Shown here in pieces: positions 40,222 through 54,624 of a stretch of DNA of 64,000 bases. Positions within the stretch are counted from its first letter, which is position 1. Every line of letters begins with the position of its first letter. The position numbers and the translations under genes were made by a program. This DNA comes from Camelus ferus (lineage: Eukaryota). The stretch covers positions 17,548,001-17,612,000 of the forward strand of contig NC_045697.1 of the NCBI RefSeq assembly GCF_009834535.1. Direction: 5' to 3'. The notes beneath the pieces are model-generated. The model was given only the letters and a program-made list of their open reading frames with translations, searched no databases and was not told where the DNA came from.

Positions 40222-41479
40222 TTACACATAAAGTAACAGAGAGCGAAGTTGCATTAAATGAGCAATTAACTTACAGAAATTCAAATGTATGTGTTTGGCA
40301 AAAAGATGAGGGGGAGAATCAAGGGGAGGAAGAGAGAGATGGAGAAGAGGGGATGAGAGAGAAATGAAAATTTTTTAGATGGGCGACTCCACCCATTTCT
40401 GCTTTCAATGTCTCAGACTGAGAGCGAGGTGGGAGAGGGACTGATATGTTTAGGCAAAATCCTAATGTTCTTATTTATACATAAGACTCTTGTTCAGAGC
40501 ATGCATGACTACATGCTCTCAACTTTATGGACAGTTTAAGGGACCATCAAGGTGAATTTTGGATAGACATGAGTTTTTGCCTCTTACACGCTGACCTCAT
40601 AACCTAGTCCTAAGTCAGAGAAGGTGGGATTTCTCTCCCACACTTCGCACAGCCCCTGAAACATAGAAAGTGCCCGATAAATGTCAGCTGCTATCATGAT
40701 CGTGGCTGTGAAGATCATCAATGTCACCCTCCATGTGCGCTCCCCTACACAGATGCCCACTGGGGAAATCCGATCTTCCTTCTCAGCTGAAGGAAGCGGC
40801 GCTCCCAAGCCAACCTTATCTGCAGACTGCAGGTGATGACGTTGATTTCCGACCTTGGAAGTGGCTCTGAAGCAACTGCTCCGAGCACTTAATTTCCTCC
40901 AATGGGGCCGTCAAAACTCCACAGCCAGCCTCCCTGTGCCAACCCTCGAAGTGGATCGGTGCCCCAAGAGGCGCGTGCACTGCCACCAATAGATGCATTC
41001 ATTTGCTGATTTAGATGGAAATAAACGTTTATGAATGAATTATGGGTGTGAGCCGTCTGCTTATGGATGAGGTGCAGCTGCAGCTGGGAAGTGGCTGAGG
41101 GATGTGGTCGCAAAACGATGTGGCAAACGGCTCTTGGGCACCCTTCCCCCACCCTGCTGATGAAATCTGATTCCCCCCGCCAAGGCCCTGCTCAAACGCT
41201 GGTCTCCCCAACCCCCCCCCCCGGCTCCCCAGTGGGAATGACTCACTCCTTCCTTGATCTCTGCTCAAGCTTCCAGACCTCACAGCCCTCAACAGTCTCT
41301 CCCTCTTCTTATTTTCATTTGCTTGAATCCGTTTTCCCCAAATGGCAGTGGGAGGGAGGCAGCTGGGGGCAGGAACAGCTGTTATGCTCCAGGTGTTATC
41401 AGGGTTCAGATCCTGCATCTGCTGATCACAGTCACTTCACTGAACTCCAGGTGATACCAGCTTTTTTGGAAGTGGAGGT

Positions 41480-43460
41480 TGTCTTAGTCCATTCGGGCTG
41501 CTATAACAGACTGCCATAGACTGGGTGGCTGACAGACAACAAACATTTATTTCTCAGAGTTCTAGAGGCCGGGAATCCAAGGTCAAGGTGCTCACAGATT
41601 GCTGAGAGCCTGCTTCCTGGTTCCTAGAGGGCCATCATTTTGCTGTATCCTCACATGGTGGAAGGGAAGAGGGTCTCTTTTGTATAAGGGCACGAATGCC
41701 ACTGATGAGGGCTCCACCCTCATGACCTAATCACCTCCCAGAGGCCCACCTCCTAATACCATCACACTGGGGCTGAGGTGTCAATATATGAATTTGGGGG
41801 GGACACATTCAGTCTACACCATTCCACCCTTGACCTCCTCTCCCAAATTCATGTTCTCCTCACATGCAAAACACACTTACTCTATCTCCACCACCGCTGA
41901 AGATGAACTGATTCCAGCATCAACTCTAAAGTCTTCAGTCCAAAGCCCCATTTAAATATCATCTAAATCAGGCATGGGTGAGACTCGAGGTGAGACGCAC
42001 CCCGAGGCAAATTCCTCTCCAGCTGTGAACCTTTGAAACTGAGCAAGTGATGTGCTTCCAAACTGCAAAGGTGGGAGACACATAGGATAGGCCATCTCAT
42101 TCCAAAAGAGAGAGCTAAGAAAGGAAGGGGCGACAGGTCTCAAGTCAACACCAAACCTAACGGAGCTCAAGACTAATCCTCTCTGGCTTGATGCTCTGCC
42201 TTCCAGGCCCACTGGCAACATCACCCCCAAGACCTGGCAGGACAGCCCTGCAGTAGCTCTCTCCTGGGGCCCTGCAGCTCTGCTGGGCTGGAGTCTCAGG
42301 CCTGTGGCTTTAGAAGGCCCCCTCCTCTGTAATCCAGGGGGAGGCAGCCTGTCCCGCAGGGCTCACACCAGGCCTGCAGTGGGACTGGCAGCCTAGTTCA
42401 TCTCTGAATTACCTTCAGGGTTGTTCTTCCCTGGTCCTGAAGAACATGTGTCTGAGCCGCACTAACCTCCTTATCAAATGGCCATTTGACCAATACCCAC
42501 AGTGTTCTCAAGTTTTTGCAATACAGACAGGCTGAGAATTTTCCAAATCTTTAAATTCTCATTCATTTTTGCTGAACAACTCCATCTTCAAATCATCTCT
42601 CTTTTCTCATTTTAGAAGCAGTCAAGAGAAACCAGGCTGCTCCCTCAATCCTTTGCTTAGAAATTTCCTCAGCTACATACCCATTTTCATTGCTCACAAA
42701 CTCTACCTTCCATAAAACCGTAGAACTTGAACACACTTCAGCCAAGTTCTTTGCCACTTTAGAACAACGATGACCTTTGCCCCAGTGTTCATTACACGTT
42801 TCCATCTGAGGCCTCATCAGAATGGCCTTTATCGTCTGTATTGTTACCAGCATTCTGTTCAGGATGACTTACGTATTCTCCAAGGAGATGGAAGCTTTCT
42901 CTACAGCTCTCCTCTTTTCTTTCTGAGCGCTCACCAGAACTGCCCTTAATAGTCCCATCACAGCAATGTTGTGAAGGGCCACTGGCTTTTTCCCGCACAC
43001 ACCTCAAAACTCTCCCAGCCTCCACCCCCTACCCAGTTCCAAAGCTGCTTCCACATTTTTAGGTACTTGTCATAGCAGCATCCCACTTCTCAGTATCAAT
43101 TCCTGTCCTTAGTCTGTTTAGGCTGCCATAACAGAATACCACAGAGTAGCTTATAAACAAGCATTTAGTTCTCACAATTCTGGAGGCTGGGAAATTTAAG
43201 AGCAAGGTGTTAGCAGATTTATTGTCCATAAGGGCCCAATTCCTGGTTCACAGTCAGCTGTCTTCTCTCACTGTGTCCTCATAGGGCAGAGGGGGCAAAA
43301 GAACTCACTGGGGTCTCTTTTATGAAGGCACTAGTCCCCTTGATGAGGGCTCCACCCTCATGACCTAATCACCTCCCAAAGGCCCAACCTGCTAATATCA
43401 TCACATCTCAGATTAGGTTTCAACATACAAATTTTGGGGGATCACATTCAGTCTATAATA
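41480..43460 (-). mobile_element. MaLR element with LTR-internal-LTR structure (MLT1A-like)
   Basis: Two direct LTRs (~41480-41821, ~43104-43460) sharing TGATGAGGGCTCCACCCTCATGACCTAATCACCTCCCA flank a MaLR-internal-like segment. Confidence 0.85.
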
Positions 43461-44214
43461 AAAATAAAAAACTATCTTGTAGACAGGTCAGCTATGAATG
43501 GTTGCCCTGCCCGTGCACTGCACAACTCCAATTCTGGGGGTCTCTGTCCTCACAATGTGAAGATGAAGTGCAATGATCACTGTTGATATAACTCTCTGAA
43601 GAGCTTTAAAAGTACAATCCCCAGTGATAGTTGGTACGGTTACAATTCTTAAACAGTGACTCGCTATTGGCCAGAGTTCTGGGAGGATCAGATGGAAGAA
43701 TTAATAGGAAGGGGATGCTAGCGGTTCCTTGCCCCCAGTCCTTGCATACTGATGCAAACAGCATGTGGAGGGAGAGGTCAGTGCCAAGAATCATTTATTA
43801 AACATTCATCTGGCCCAGTGTTGTGCTGAGAGACTTAATAAACAAGGTCCTGCCTATCTTTTCTTTACTCTTCCTGTTGGCTTTCTCCACATCCTCTCCA
43901 ACTGCCCCCTGATCTTTTGAAATACCCTTGATAAAATTAGACAAAAGAGCTTAAAAAGGCTCCAAGTAGGCAACTCTATTGTGTATACCAAAGATCAAAT
44001 TCCTAGACCTATATGACAAATCCAGCTCCAGCTTTAAGCAAAAGAATTTATTTAAAACAAAACAAAACAAAACAAAAACAGCAGTTTTCATTCTCTTCTT
44101 CCCAGGCCCTGGAGATCACGATGCACACACTCATTAGAGTGTGTATCAGTGTTTCCCAGTTAACAAGAACCCAGTTTGGGCCAAACAACATGCTAGAAGC
44201 TTTTCTTACACATG

Positions 44215-44720
44215 ATAACCCCAGTGGATTTTCACTGCACTGGAGTAAATTTGGAATAAATAGCAAAGCCCTTACGAGAGCTCACGCATGAGCTGCCGCA
44301 CCAGCCTCCTGACCCCAACACCTCCAACCTCCTCCCTTGATGCCTGGCCACGCTGGCTCCTCTTCAGTGCCTCGAGCACACGTTGCTCCTGCCAGCCTCT
44401 CAGCCTTTGTACATGCTCTGCCCTTGCTCTGCCCACAGGTCTGTCCAGAACCCACTTCTTTTGTCTCTTTCAGCTCTCAAGTCAAATGTCACCTCCTCTG
44501 CGAAGTCTTCCCTGGAAACCATCGCTGAAGCTGTTTACCTTCAAGTGCCCCACTCTTCACCGTACTTACGGAAATCACCTCGTTCATCTGTTCCTACCCT
44601 CCCCGAGGTCAGCAATACTGCAGGAACCTCGCTCGTCACGTGCACTGAAACACACCAGCACCCACGGCAGTGTCTGGCCAGCTGTAGGGAGCCCTCATAT
44701 ACATCTTAAATACAGGAAGC
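44215..44720 (+). mobile_element. L2 LINE 3' fragment
   Basis: CAGCCTTTGTACATGCT...TCAAATGTCACCTCCTCTGCGAAGTCTTCCCTG. Confidence 0.7.
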
Positions 44721-45414
44721 CTCTCGTTTGCTGCTTCCCACAACTGTGGGAGGCAGACACTGCCCTGCCCTCTTCATGGGGGTAGCCCTCGGAGAGGCAG
44801 ACGCAGGGCTCTGAAGCCATGTCTCTGTGCCCTGTGCTCAGGCTGAGATCCGAGACTGCAGTGTCTCCTCGCCCTTAACCTGCAGAGCAGACACATCTGT
44901 CCTAGGTGCTTACACACATTAACCCAGTAAGACCAACCAGCACCCTGTTACGATCCCCGTTGTCAGATGAGAGACTGAGACATGGAGAGGTAAAGGCCCA
45001 CATCACCGACCTTACCCTGGCAGGGCCGGTGACAGTTCAGGAGCTGATGCCCGCTGCCTCCCTCCACACCAGCACTCACTGCCTGGCGCTCCCCTATGGA
45101 GTGTGTTCTGCATTACGTGCTGTATGTAACTTCCCGCATCGAATTCTCACCGAAGGCGGGCGCACTGGCCCCCGTGTCGTGCCTCTGTCACCCCAGGCTC
45201 CTTCACTCAGGGTCTCTGCACCTCATCCCCCAGCTATTTGACTGCCTCCCACCTCAATGCCTTCATGCCTCTGAGAGAAAGACATGTGAACAGCAATGCC
45301 TTCCCTGACCACTCAATGTAAGTAGTCCCTGCCAGCTGGCCCGACTGCGCTCCTCAGCCCCTTGGCCTGCTGTCACTTGTTTACTTAGCACTTAGCACCT
45401 TCTGATATATTATT

Positions 45415-45586
45415 CTGTATTTCATCAAATGTAAGACTCTATCAACTCTAGGATCCACCATTATGCACCTCTAAAAAGACCAAAAAGTACCAATCATACG
45501 TGACACCAGAGCCTAGACACCATGACACCGTGATCAGAGATGTTCAAATGTGAAAAACTGTGCTTTGCAGAATCTGTGAAATATGA
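45415..45586. mobile_element. MER104-like TcMar-Tc2 MITE inside an L2 fragment
   Basis: TIRs CTGTATTTCATCAAAT... and ...AATCTGTGAAATATG; L2-like flanks across ~45230-45730. Confidence 0.6.
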
Positions 45587-47569
45587 TATATTGATTTGTC
45601 TATTTGCTTACTGCCCATCTGTCCCCACTAGAATAGAAGCCCCATGAGAGCAGGGACTCATTGGTTTTGTTTACTATCCTGTTCCCAGACCATAGAGTCA
45701 GGTCTTCAGTAAAGATGTGTTGAAATGAATTGAACCGAACCACCCTCCATGAGGCAAGTACTACTGTTATCTCCATTGCAGAGATGAGAACAACTGAGAC
45801 ACAGAGAAGTCAAGCATCTGGTCCAAGATCACACAGCTACGAAGCCCCTGAATTACCTTCAGACAGTTCAGAACACATGGCTTCCAGAGAGACAATCTTT
45901 ACAGTGTTGCACCAAGCAGTTTTAAAGCTGCTTCAATTTGTTTTTATTTTAGTGTGATTTGGGTATGGTGTACTATAAACTAAGTCTTGGGCAGAGATAT
46001 CTTTCAGAATCAGTTCTCTACAAAGTGTAATTACAACACGTGGTCTAGGGGATGAATGTCCAAGACAACACTGTTTTGGTCGCATGGTCCACCCAGGCAA
46101 TGAGTTCACATGAGCCAGAACAGGCTCAGATATGGTCTCTGAGACCACATGAATTTGCTTAATTCACCTGACAATAAAACGTGAGGAAATGCTGAACTGG
46201 TCTGGCTGCTTGTTGAACTAGCTGTGTCACCTAGGTTCACCACCGAGATCCCAGTTAGAGTAAGACATGATGGAGTGGGTGAAGGGTCCTTATCGCTCAT
46301 TTTAATGCTTTGTAATTAATTTCTGTAGCGCCCCAAGGTGAGAGCTTTTCACTGAAGTGCCCTTTTCATGTGGGTTTCCTACAGGTTAGGACATCTCCTT
46401 TGAAGCAGAAAGAGGAACTGTTTACAAAGATCCTTGATCCCTCACTCTGGACTGGTACAAGCATCCACAGCTGAGCACTCTTTTTCGCTCTTTCTCTCTC
46501 TCTTTTTTTTTTAAACAAAGTATACTTAAGTTAGTCGTCTGCATGCTCATTGGTCTGTCTTTACGGGCTCGTGGCTTTGACTTGATTGGTTTGCTGGCCG
46601 AATCCATCCCAAAGTCCCCTGTCAACAGAGGTGCATTCACAGAAGGGGTCTATCATTCTACGGTGCCAACACCCGATAAAGACCATCGGCTGGCGTAACA
46701 TAAAGGTCACCATCAAGGGCAGACCCCGTGTTCTGCACTGTCACAGGCAGCCACATTTAAACTGGCCAGCAGGGGCCCAGGAACTGTGACTGCCTGACCC
46801 TGTTAGGAGCACTGTGCCCCCAAAGTTCCTCGCTTGTGAGTACCTCGCATTGCATTATTTTCTTCTGCCCTTAAAGCGCCATAATCTGTAAAATGAAGAA
46901 AGATACAAGCAAATGGACAGGAAAACCATTTGGGATGGGGACATGAGATGCCGCTGCTGACGCACCCTATTTAGACGATTATTCCACAAGGGCCACACAA
47001 AATGCGAGGAAGCTTCTGGGAGCTCAGCACCAAAGTAATAATGTTTGGGGTGGTGATAAGGATGGCTGAGTTTGGGGGATCCGTTTGCCAGGTACTAGAC
47101 TTCTCACCCCAATCTCTGTCTCTACGGGGAGATACATAGCCACCTGCCTCACTGGAAACAGTCTATCAACAGAAAGGAAGACCTTGAGATTCCCGGTGGG
47201 ATTTTGGCACAAGACGACTCTAAGCCAATCTGGGCCCAGGTTGTGCTAAATATACCAGCAGTGTCTACCCTTTACGGAGTGCTTACTGGGTGCCAGGCAC
47301 TGTGCTACACGTCTTATAAACATCGTATTTCACACGCACACACACACACACACACACCCCAATCATTAAATCTCATCATCAGCTTTCTTGTCTTCCCAGC
47401 ACTAACCACTGTTTGATGATCTTATTCAAGTATTTTATTTGCTTACTCTCTGCCTCCCCGACTAGACTATAAACTCTGTGAGAATGGGTAACCTGTCTTT
47501 TTTATTTCTTGATGTAGCCACACCTCCTAGAACATTCATCAGCACACAGTGAGTTCCCAGTTATGTACT

Positions 47570-47720
47570 GATGAATAAACGATGACATCTGACAGCAATT
47601 CTACGTGAGGGATTATTACTCCCATTTTACAGATGAGGAAACTGAGGTCTCGAGAGACACGTGACTTGCTCAAGGTCACACGGATAATAACTGGCAGAGC
47701 CAGACTATACACCTGGGTCT
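47570..47720. mobile_element. MIR SINE
   Basis: CCCATTTTACAGATGAGGAAACTGAGG...GTGACTTGCTCAAGGTCACAC. Confidence 0.8.
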
Positions 47721-49339
47721 AGCAGTTTCCAAAGGTGGACCTCCTGGACCAGTCTAGACTACATCACTTGGCAGTGGGAGGCTAGAGCTGGCTTCTTCTG
47801 GAGTGCTAAGCTTTCTAACTCCTATTTTAGAGACTTCACTTTGCTAGCCTGATATTTAAATGTCACGGCCTCAGTATTTATACCATGGAAATGGGCAAAG
47901 CTCTACCGGCCAGGCTTCTTCTTCAGAAGAGCTCGCTCCCCAGCTCACCTCTGGATGTCTGTGATTCAAGCGTGGGCTGTTAGTTTTGCTGATTGCCTCT
48001 TACTGAACCTTAAATTCTCAGAGACCTCCTTCCTCCTCCTGGTCCCCTTTCCCAGAAGCATTCTTCTCTTAATGCCCAGAAGAGGAAGCCGGCATACCTC
48101 AGGGGCGGACAGTGGGGCTGCAGTTCTCTCTGGGGGCTGCTTTCCAGACCTGGGGCCTCAGCACTGTCTGGGTCTTTCCGAGTAATTGGTCCTTATTCCT
48201 CCCAGCCTGAGAACCCCAGGTAATCCATGCTCGTGAAGAGCTTTTCCCTGGGTGATTTGTGGAGATGAGTCCTCCCTCCCCCACAGGACTTCTCTTTCCT
48301 CGTTAACCTTGCAGAGCCATAATAACCAGGGAAGGAGAGCGTGCTAGCTAGGTTTCCCGTTTCACACCCCTCGTCTGGCTTGGACTGGGGCTTTATGTCT
48401 GTCCGGGAGCCCCGACAAGTGCTCGGGCACTGTTGGGGGAGATAATAGGTGATGGTGATCATGGAATCCCACCCTCCACCTTCAACCCCATGTGAGTGCT
48501 AAGCTGCTTGTAAGCCAGGGTGGCAACAAATCCTTCAAGAAGATGTTGGAAAATGCTTTATGGCACATAAGGTGACAAGGCTCTAGCTGAACAAATGGAA
48601 AAATTAGTCTACCTTAAAGTATCCAAGGCAAGTAATTTCCTATCACCTTGTTTCTTAAATGTACTTAACACCTAGAATCTGGACTTCCCCAAATACGGCT
48701 AAGGGTCATCAGTTAAAATGGCAACTTGGAGATGAAAAAGAAACTTCCACTTTAATAGTTGCTCATAAAATCATGCCATCAGCCCTTCTGTTTGGAATAG
48801 GGGGAGTTAGGAAACCAACATCAATTATTAAGTATTTCTGAATTTAAGGGGCTTGAGTCAGCCTATGAGCCAGACCCTTCCCCGAAGTCCACCAGTGCTC
48901 AGCGTCAGATATCCTGACCTCGCCACAGCGGCTTCCAAGTTCTCACACCTTCGGTTTGGTTTTGTTCTGTTTTCTCTTGGATGGAATGGTTTGCTCTGCT
49001 TGCTCCTTTCTCCAGATTTCTAAACGACTCCTTACCCCACAAAGAGAGTTACTGATGACAACCAGAGAGGCAGTCTGTCTGCTATTTTCTTTTATTCTTC
49101 CCTTTCCTTTTTCTTTTCCTCTTTCTTGAGCTTTTTTGCTCTTTTTTACATTCATTTTATTCATTCACTCATTCGTTTGTTGATTCTATTCCATTCCTTC
49201 AATAAAGATCTATTAATTAATGTCTATATATCATGAACTAAGAATGCTAATTCCTACAGATTCAGGAATTCAGCCTACAAAGAGTTTGCCCTTGGGGTGG
49301 GGTGCCACACAAGTAGAAGAAGTTGGGAAAGAGCAGGGC

Positions 49340-49650
49340 ACTGTAGGTGTGTGAAGGACCTGCCCCTATGAGTTGGAGAAGGCTACATTTCACCTATGAC
49401 CTGAAAGGAGACCAAGAGTTTGCAGGAGAAGTAAAGGGGAAGAGTGTTCCAGGCAGCAGACAGCAGGTGCAAAGGCCCTGAAGCATAAGGCAGTATGGTT
49501 CACAAAGGGGCTGAAATTAGCACTGCAGGACTGCAGTGTGAGGTGACTAATGGCAAGAGATGTGGCTGGAGAAATTAGGAGGGCCACATAATGTAGGGCC
49601 TAGCACACCATGGCAAGGAGGTGGGGGTGAGAGTCAGAAGGCAATGGAAA
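49340..49650 (-). mobile_element. L2 fragment
   Basis: GAAGAGTGTTCCAGGCAG..ACAGCAGGTGCAAAGGCCCTGAAG. Confidence 0.7.
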
Positions 49651-51842
49651 GGCTGGAGCTGCGAGGGTCACGATGAATAAAAAAGCAAATGGAGGGTTAA
49701 CCCATTCTCCACACTCAGTCACAGCCACCCTTGAACAGAGCCTCTGAGTTTCTCAAGAAGGCTGGTGTCATTATTGAATGAGTAATCTGGCCTTAATGTT
49801 GATAACTGGGGGTGCGGGTGGGGGGAGGATGACCGTGACTCATAGGGGGCTGAAAATAAACCAGCCCTATGACTTTAGATGCAAATGAGAATAAATGGAA
49901 TCTCTGGGGCTCACAGCAGTTGGTCTTTTTGGAGGAGGAGAGGCTGAGATTGAGATACAGGGTCTGTTGAATATTATAACATCTTCCCTGCACCTTTTGG
50001 CAGGCAAATTACTTCACAGGCCATGAATATGAGTCACTAAATTTTAAACCTTGGGTGAGAAAACCAAGTTTGATAAATGTGTCTAGCTACTGGAATAAAG
50101 ACCCATGGCGCAAGCAAATCATGAAGTTCTGACAGTGCCAATGCAAAAACAGCCCCGGACCTGTGCTTAGTGCTACACATACACTCACAAACACACATGC
50201 ACACACGCCCTCCCTTTCTTGCCTTGGAATATCAGTTGCAAATGTCAATTCCTAAAATATCTCATGCCTAAAAGGCGATACAATTAAAAGTGACCCAAAG
50301 ACAAAGCAGAGGTATGTTTAGGAAAGTTGGAGATGGGGAAGGGGGGTGTGGTGGCTCAGAAAACAAAAAAAAAAAGAAAAGAATGAAAAATCATCAGTCA
50401 GTGACGAAGACCCCCATGAATCCAAAAATCACATTTCAAAATGTTTTCAGTATTTTGTGGATTTGTATCGTCTCCAAAATTCTTGCAGCATCTTTATGGG
50501 TTTAAAGGAAGTAACTACACATACTTCATTTTATTCTCTAGAAAAACTTGCTCTGATGTTATCACTTGAGAAAGTGACTAAGAAGGCCTGTCCTTTAATT
50601 ACTGACCGGATACCTAGGTTACAGAGCTCAAATTCTTTTAACGATGCATAAAACCACATGAGAGGCCTGACTAGCTTGTCCAGCGTTAATTAGCACCTTC
50701 CTTTGGCGTTCTTGCCCACCCCCGAATTCATGGCTGAGAACAGTAGAGCCTAATTTTTTAAATATATTATGTTAAATCCAAGAGGGTTTTTTTTTTTCTT
50801 AATTTAAAGCAGACTAAGTGTAGAAGAGGCACATTAAAAAAGAACTTCCCAGTATGCCCCCAGATCGAGCCTCTTAAGCCAGCAGTAAGAACACACCCCT
50901 CTGTTCTTCGTCATGGAGGAGTTCTCTGGATAAACCAGATGCTTTCATGCGCTTTTTTTTTTTTTTTTTTTTAAGAGTGAGCATCTTTCAAAATGGCGCC
51001 TTCCAATAACCAACAACTCCCAGAAACAACGAATGACCCCATCATTTGTCAAAGAATTCGGTGCCATTCAAAAGACATTTCCCAAGAAAGCACCTCCTCC
51101 CTGCCATGTAGTTTTCTTGAGTCAAACTTCAACGGCCATCCCTGTTGAGAAAAGTGCCTCTGGCAAGAAGTTGAAATTGAATCTAACTTGGCAAAATGAG
51201 AAATTATTTGGGGAGGGGGGCGGAATTAAACTTCGGTAGTTTTTCTTCTCGATTGTACTTTTGTTCACAGCTTCAGCTGGGAGAGAGAGTGCACACATTT
51301 AGTTTGGAGTTTATGAGTTCATATTTTATAATTAACGTTGCCAACAGGGGAGTTTGATTAATACCAAGCAGTGGATTTTGAGCAATGTTCCATACAAATT
51401 GCCAAATTTAGCAATAAAATAAATTGGTTATGTGAACATAATTAGTAGGATGACTACTTAAAATTCAAAACCGAATGTGAATAATTCCAAATCATCTGAG
51501 CCACAAATCCATTATTTGTATAGAAGGGAGAAAGTATAGCACTTGGGTTTTATTTTGCCCTCAACCACAATGTTATTCACCACCAAGCTGAACATAATGA
51601 AACGTCTACAATGGATTGTGACAATATTTTAGAGCAACCCAGAAACACACACAGACGCGTGCGCACGCACACACAAAGGGAATGCAACAAAGATAAGAAA
51701 TGCTAAACTGAATTTTCATTGCAAATGTAAAAATCTATAACAAAATTTTCAGCAAATGCTGCATTACATTTTTTTCTGACGTGCCACACATAAACCTCTG
51801 GCACAAAATTATTCAGGAGAGCTTTTTGCTTTTAAATATTCA

Positions 51843-51965
<123 letters not shown>

Positions 51966-53269
51966 TCAACACATTATGAAATACAATCAGAAACCGAGGA
52001 GTAGAGAAATGTGTGGCTTTATCAGGCTCATGGCGGCTGGCATCCAAGTCCAGCTGAACCACATAAAGCCCATTAGAGTATGTGCATATATGAACAGCAA
52101 GTGTGCAAATCACACCACTACAACTGCATGGGGAGAAACAGAGTTGGCCATGAACCTCAGTTTGGGGATGTTTTTGTTTCCAGAATGAATCACAGACAGG
52201 TGATGGAGGAGTTGATCATATTCAACTTAAAAAAAAAAAATTAAGGGCTCTTCACTTAAACTCTTGAAAGTGGACACAGAGTTCAATTCTAACATTTGGG
52301 CCAATAATATAGGAAAGGTTTCATTTTCCTGTTTGTGTGTTTTTTTTCCTTCAAATAGATCTTGTTTCATGAATGTGTCTTTGCCAACCCAATGTCCAGA
52401 ATTTCGATCACAGAGGAGGCAGCCAGAGAAGAGACCAGTGAGGTGTCAGGACTTCAGAAATCAGGATCCAGAGGGAATTCAACAGTCTCCTGGGCTGGTT
52501 TTCTCACCTCCTTCTTCCCCTGTTCTAGTTCCCATAGTACCGAACAAGCAGGGTGAGCACCTTCCAGTCCCATCTTCATGGTGTCATCCCTTTCTTAAGA
52601 TCTCCTTCTGCTCAGACCACATCCCCTGGCCCATGTGGGCAGCTACCCACCAGGCAATGCCCCCACCTCAATCCAGCTTCACCTACACATCACGGCCGTC
52701 TCCCCAGAGCACGTGAGCACCCTTTACCACCCTCCCACCCCTTCTCGGGTTCCCTGAACCTGAATTTGCTTATGCTGCCAAACTGTAGACATGCTTTGAT
52801 CCACTCAAGCCTGTAGCTTACTATTCCACTTCGCCTCCCATGGTGTCTTTTCCATACTACCTGAATTCTGCTAATTTGCTCTGATTCTTCCCTTGCTTAT
52901 TGCGCTCTTATCTAACCTCAGCACAAAGAAATGAGTTATCGAAAGGCAGAGATGCTTTCTCCTCCCTCCTCAGCACCTGCGTACACTGCTCCAGGAAGTG
53001 CTCGTGTTCCAGCAACTGTTTTAAAGACTCAAGATGAATAAGTGAAGGAAGGAAGCAGGGAGGGAAGCCAGCAAGCAACTGGAATCTGACTCCTGAAAAG
53101 GAAACTTTCAGAAACAGTCCTACGGGGGAATTTTGAAGTCATCTTTTAGACTCCCTTCATGTAATAGCTGAAGAAACCCAAATCCAGAGACATTATGGAC
53201 AAGTGCAGCTGGAGGGGCTAAACCTCCAAAGACTTCAATGCTATTGCCTTCAGGAATACTCAGTCATGT

Positions 53270-53885
53270 TAGGTGATCAAGGGGAATACAAGCGAAAGAA
53301 TATAAAGGTTAGACCTTGGCTTATCCTTGACTCCTCGCTTTATCTCATCTCCCACGTCCCATCCACCGGGATACTCAGTGTCTCCACGGTCTAGGCAGCC
53401 CCCCCATTCAGCTCCCCCCAAGCTCAGCTCCCGGCTGTTCCCCACATACTCCAGGCGTGAGCCCATCTCAACGCTGCTCTCTCTCACTGTTCTCTCCCTC
53501 CAGAACTGGAATGCTCTCCCTGCAGAACACCTCTTGGCTCACTCCCTCACCTTTTCCAGGTCTTTGTTCAAAGCTCACCGTTTGAAAGGGGCTCACCTGG
53601 ACCACTCTGTCTCCTACTGCAGCCTGCCCACCTCCCCCCTGAACTCCCAGCCCCCTTCCCCTACCCTACTTTTTATTTCCATAGAACTTGCCATCTTTTC
53701 ACATACTGTGTGATTTACTTCATGGTTTATTGCCATATGTTTACATATGTTTATTGCCTACTGTTTATCTCCCCTCTCTCTTCTTACTAAGACAGAAGTT
53801 CCATGAAGGGTGAGGAAATTTGTTCTCTCTATGGTCTACCTCAAGCACCTAGTGGATACTCCATAAGTATTTCTTAAATGAAGGA
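53270..53885 (+). mobile_element. L2 LINE 3' fragment
   Basis: ATCCTTGACTCCTCGCTT, CTGGAATGCTCTCCC, AAGTTCCATGAAGGG, ATAAGTATTTCTTAAATGAA end. Confidence 0.7.
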
Positions 53886-54624
53886 TAATATGCTGAGTCT
53901 GGGAGTTGTGGTCTCAACCTAGGGAAGTATCTGAAATAATAAAATACTGAAACGAGTGCCTGACACACAGCCTTGCATAGAAACCCCACTCATCTCTGTC
54001 CGCTGAATTTAACCGCGCCTGATTCCCACTCACTTACTTGTGAACGTTACTCAGTAATGTGATCTAATTCTCAACCGCTTATTTGCAAAGCTCATACCAT
54101 GCAAAGCTGTGTTCTAATTTTCCCAGATTTCCATTCTCATCAGATACAAATTTGGTGAAGGATGAGGAAAGTTAATCCCCATTTATAGGCAGGAAAGCAA
54201 AGAGACAAGAGACACTGTGATCAACTGACTATTTTGGCAGTTTCTCCCAAAGGAATCAGATAGACTAAGTTGGAACCAGACAGACTAAGTTGGAATCAGA
54301 AGACTAAGGTGGATCCCAATTCTGCCTCTTCCTGGGCTGGGTGAGCTTGGGTGAGTTTCTTAACTTCTTGAGTTTCCCCACCTGTTAAATGAAGCTAATC
54401 ATACACACTTCATGTGGTGATTTGACACTTCAATTGCATAATGAACACAGGACAGACACCTACCACAGTGCTTGGTATACAGCAGGCACTAGTTAAAGGC
54501 TGGTCACCTCCCCTTGACTCTGCCCTTCCAGGAGCTCCAACTCAGTCACTCAGTGGACAGTGACTGGCCGCATAGCTCCTTGGACACAGCCAGCTCCTTG
54601 TCATCCTGCCCTTTGCGTATTCAT

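Noticed and set aside
46524..46618. Exon-like segment on the - strand (ttgacag|GGGACTTTGGGATGGATTCGGCC..., MDSASKPIKSKPRARK)
   Set aside because: The host intron is phase 0 and that frame hits TGA. The ATG frame ends at a weak phase-1 donor (TAA|GTATAC) incompatible with the next exon. A poison exon cannot be excluded.
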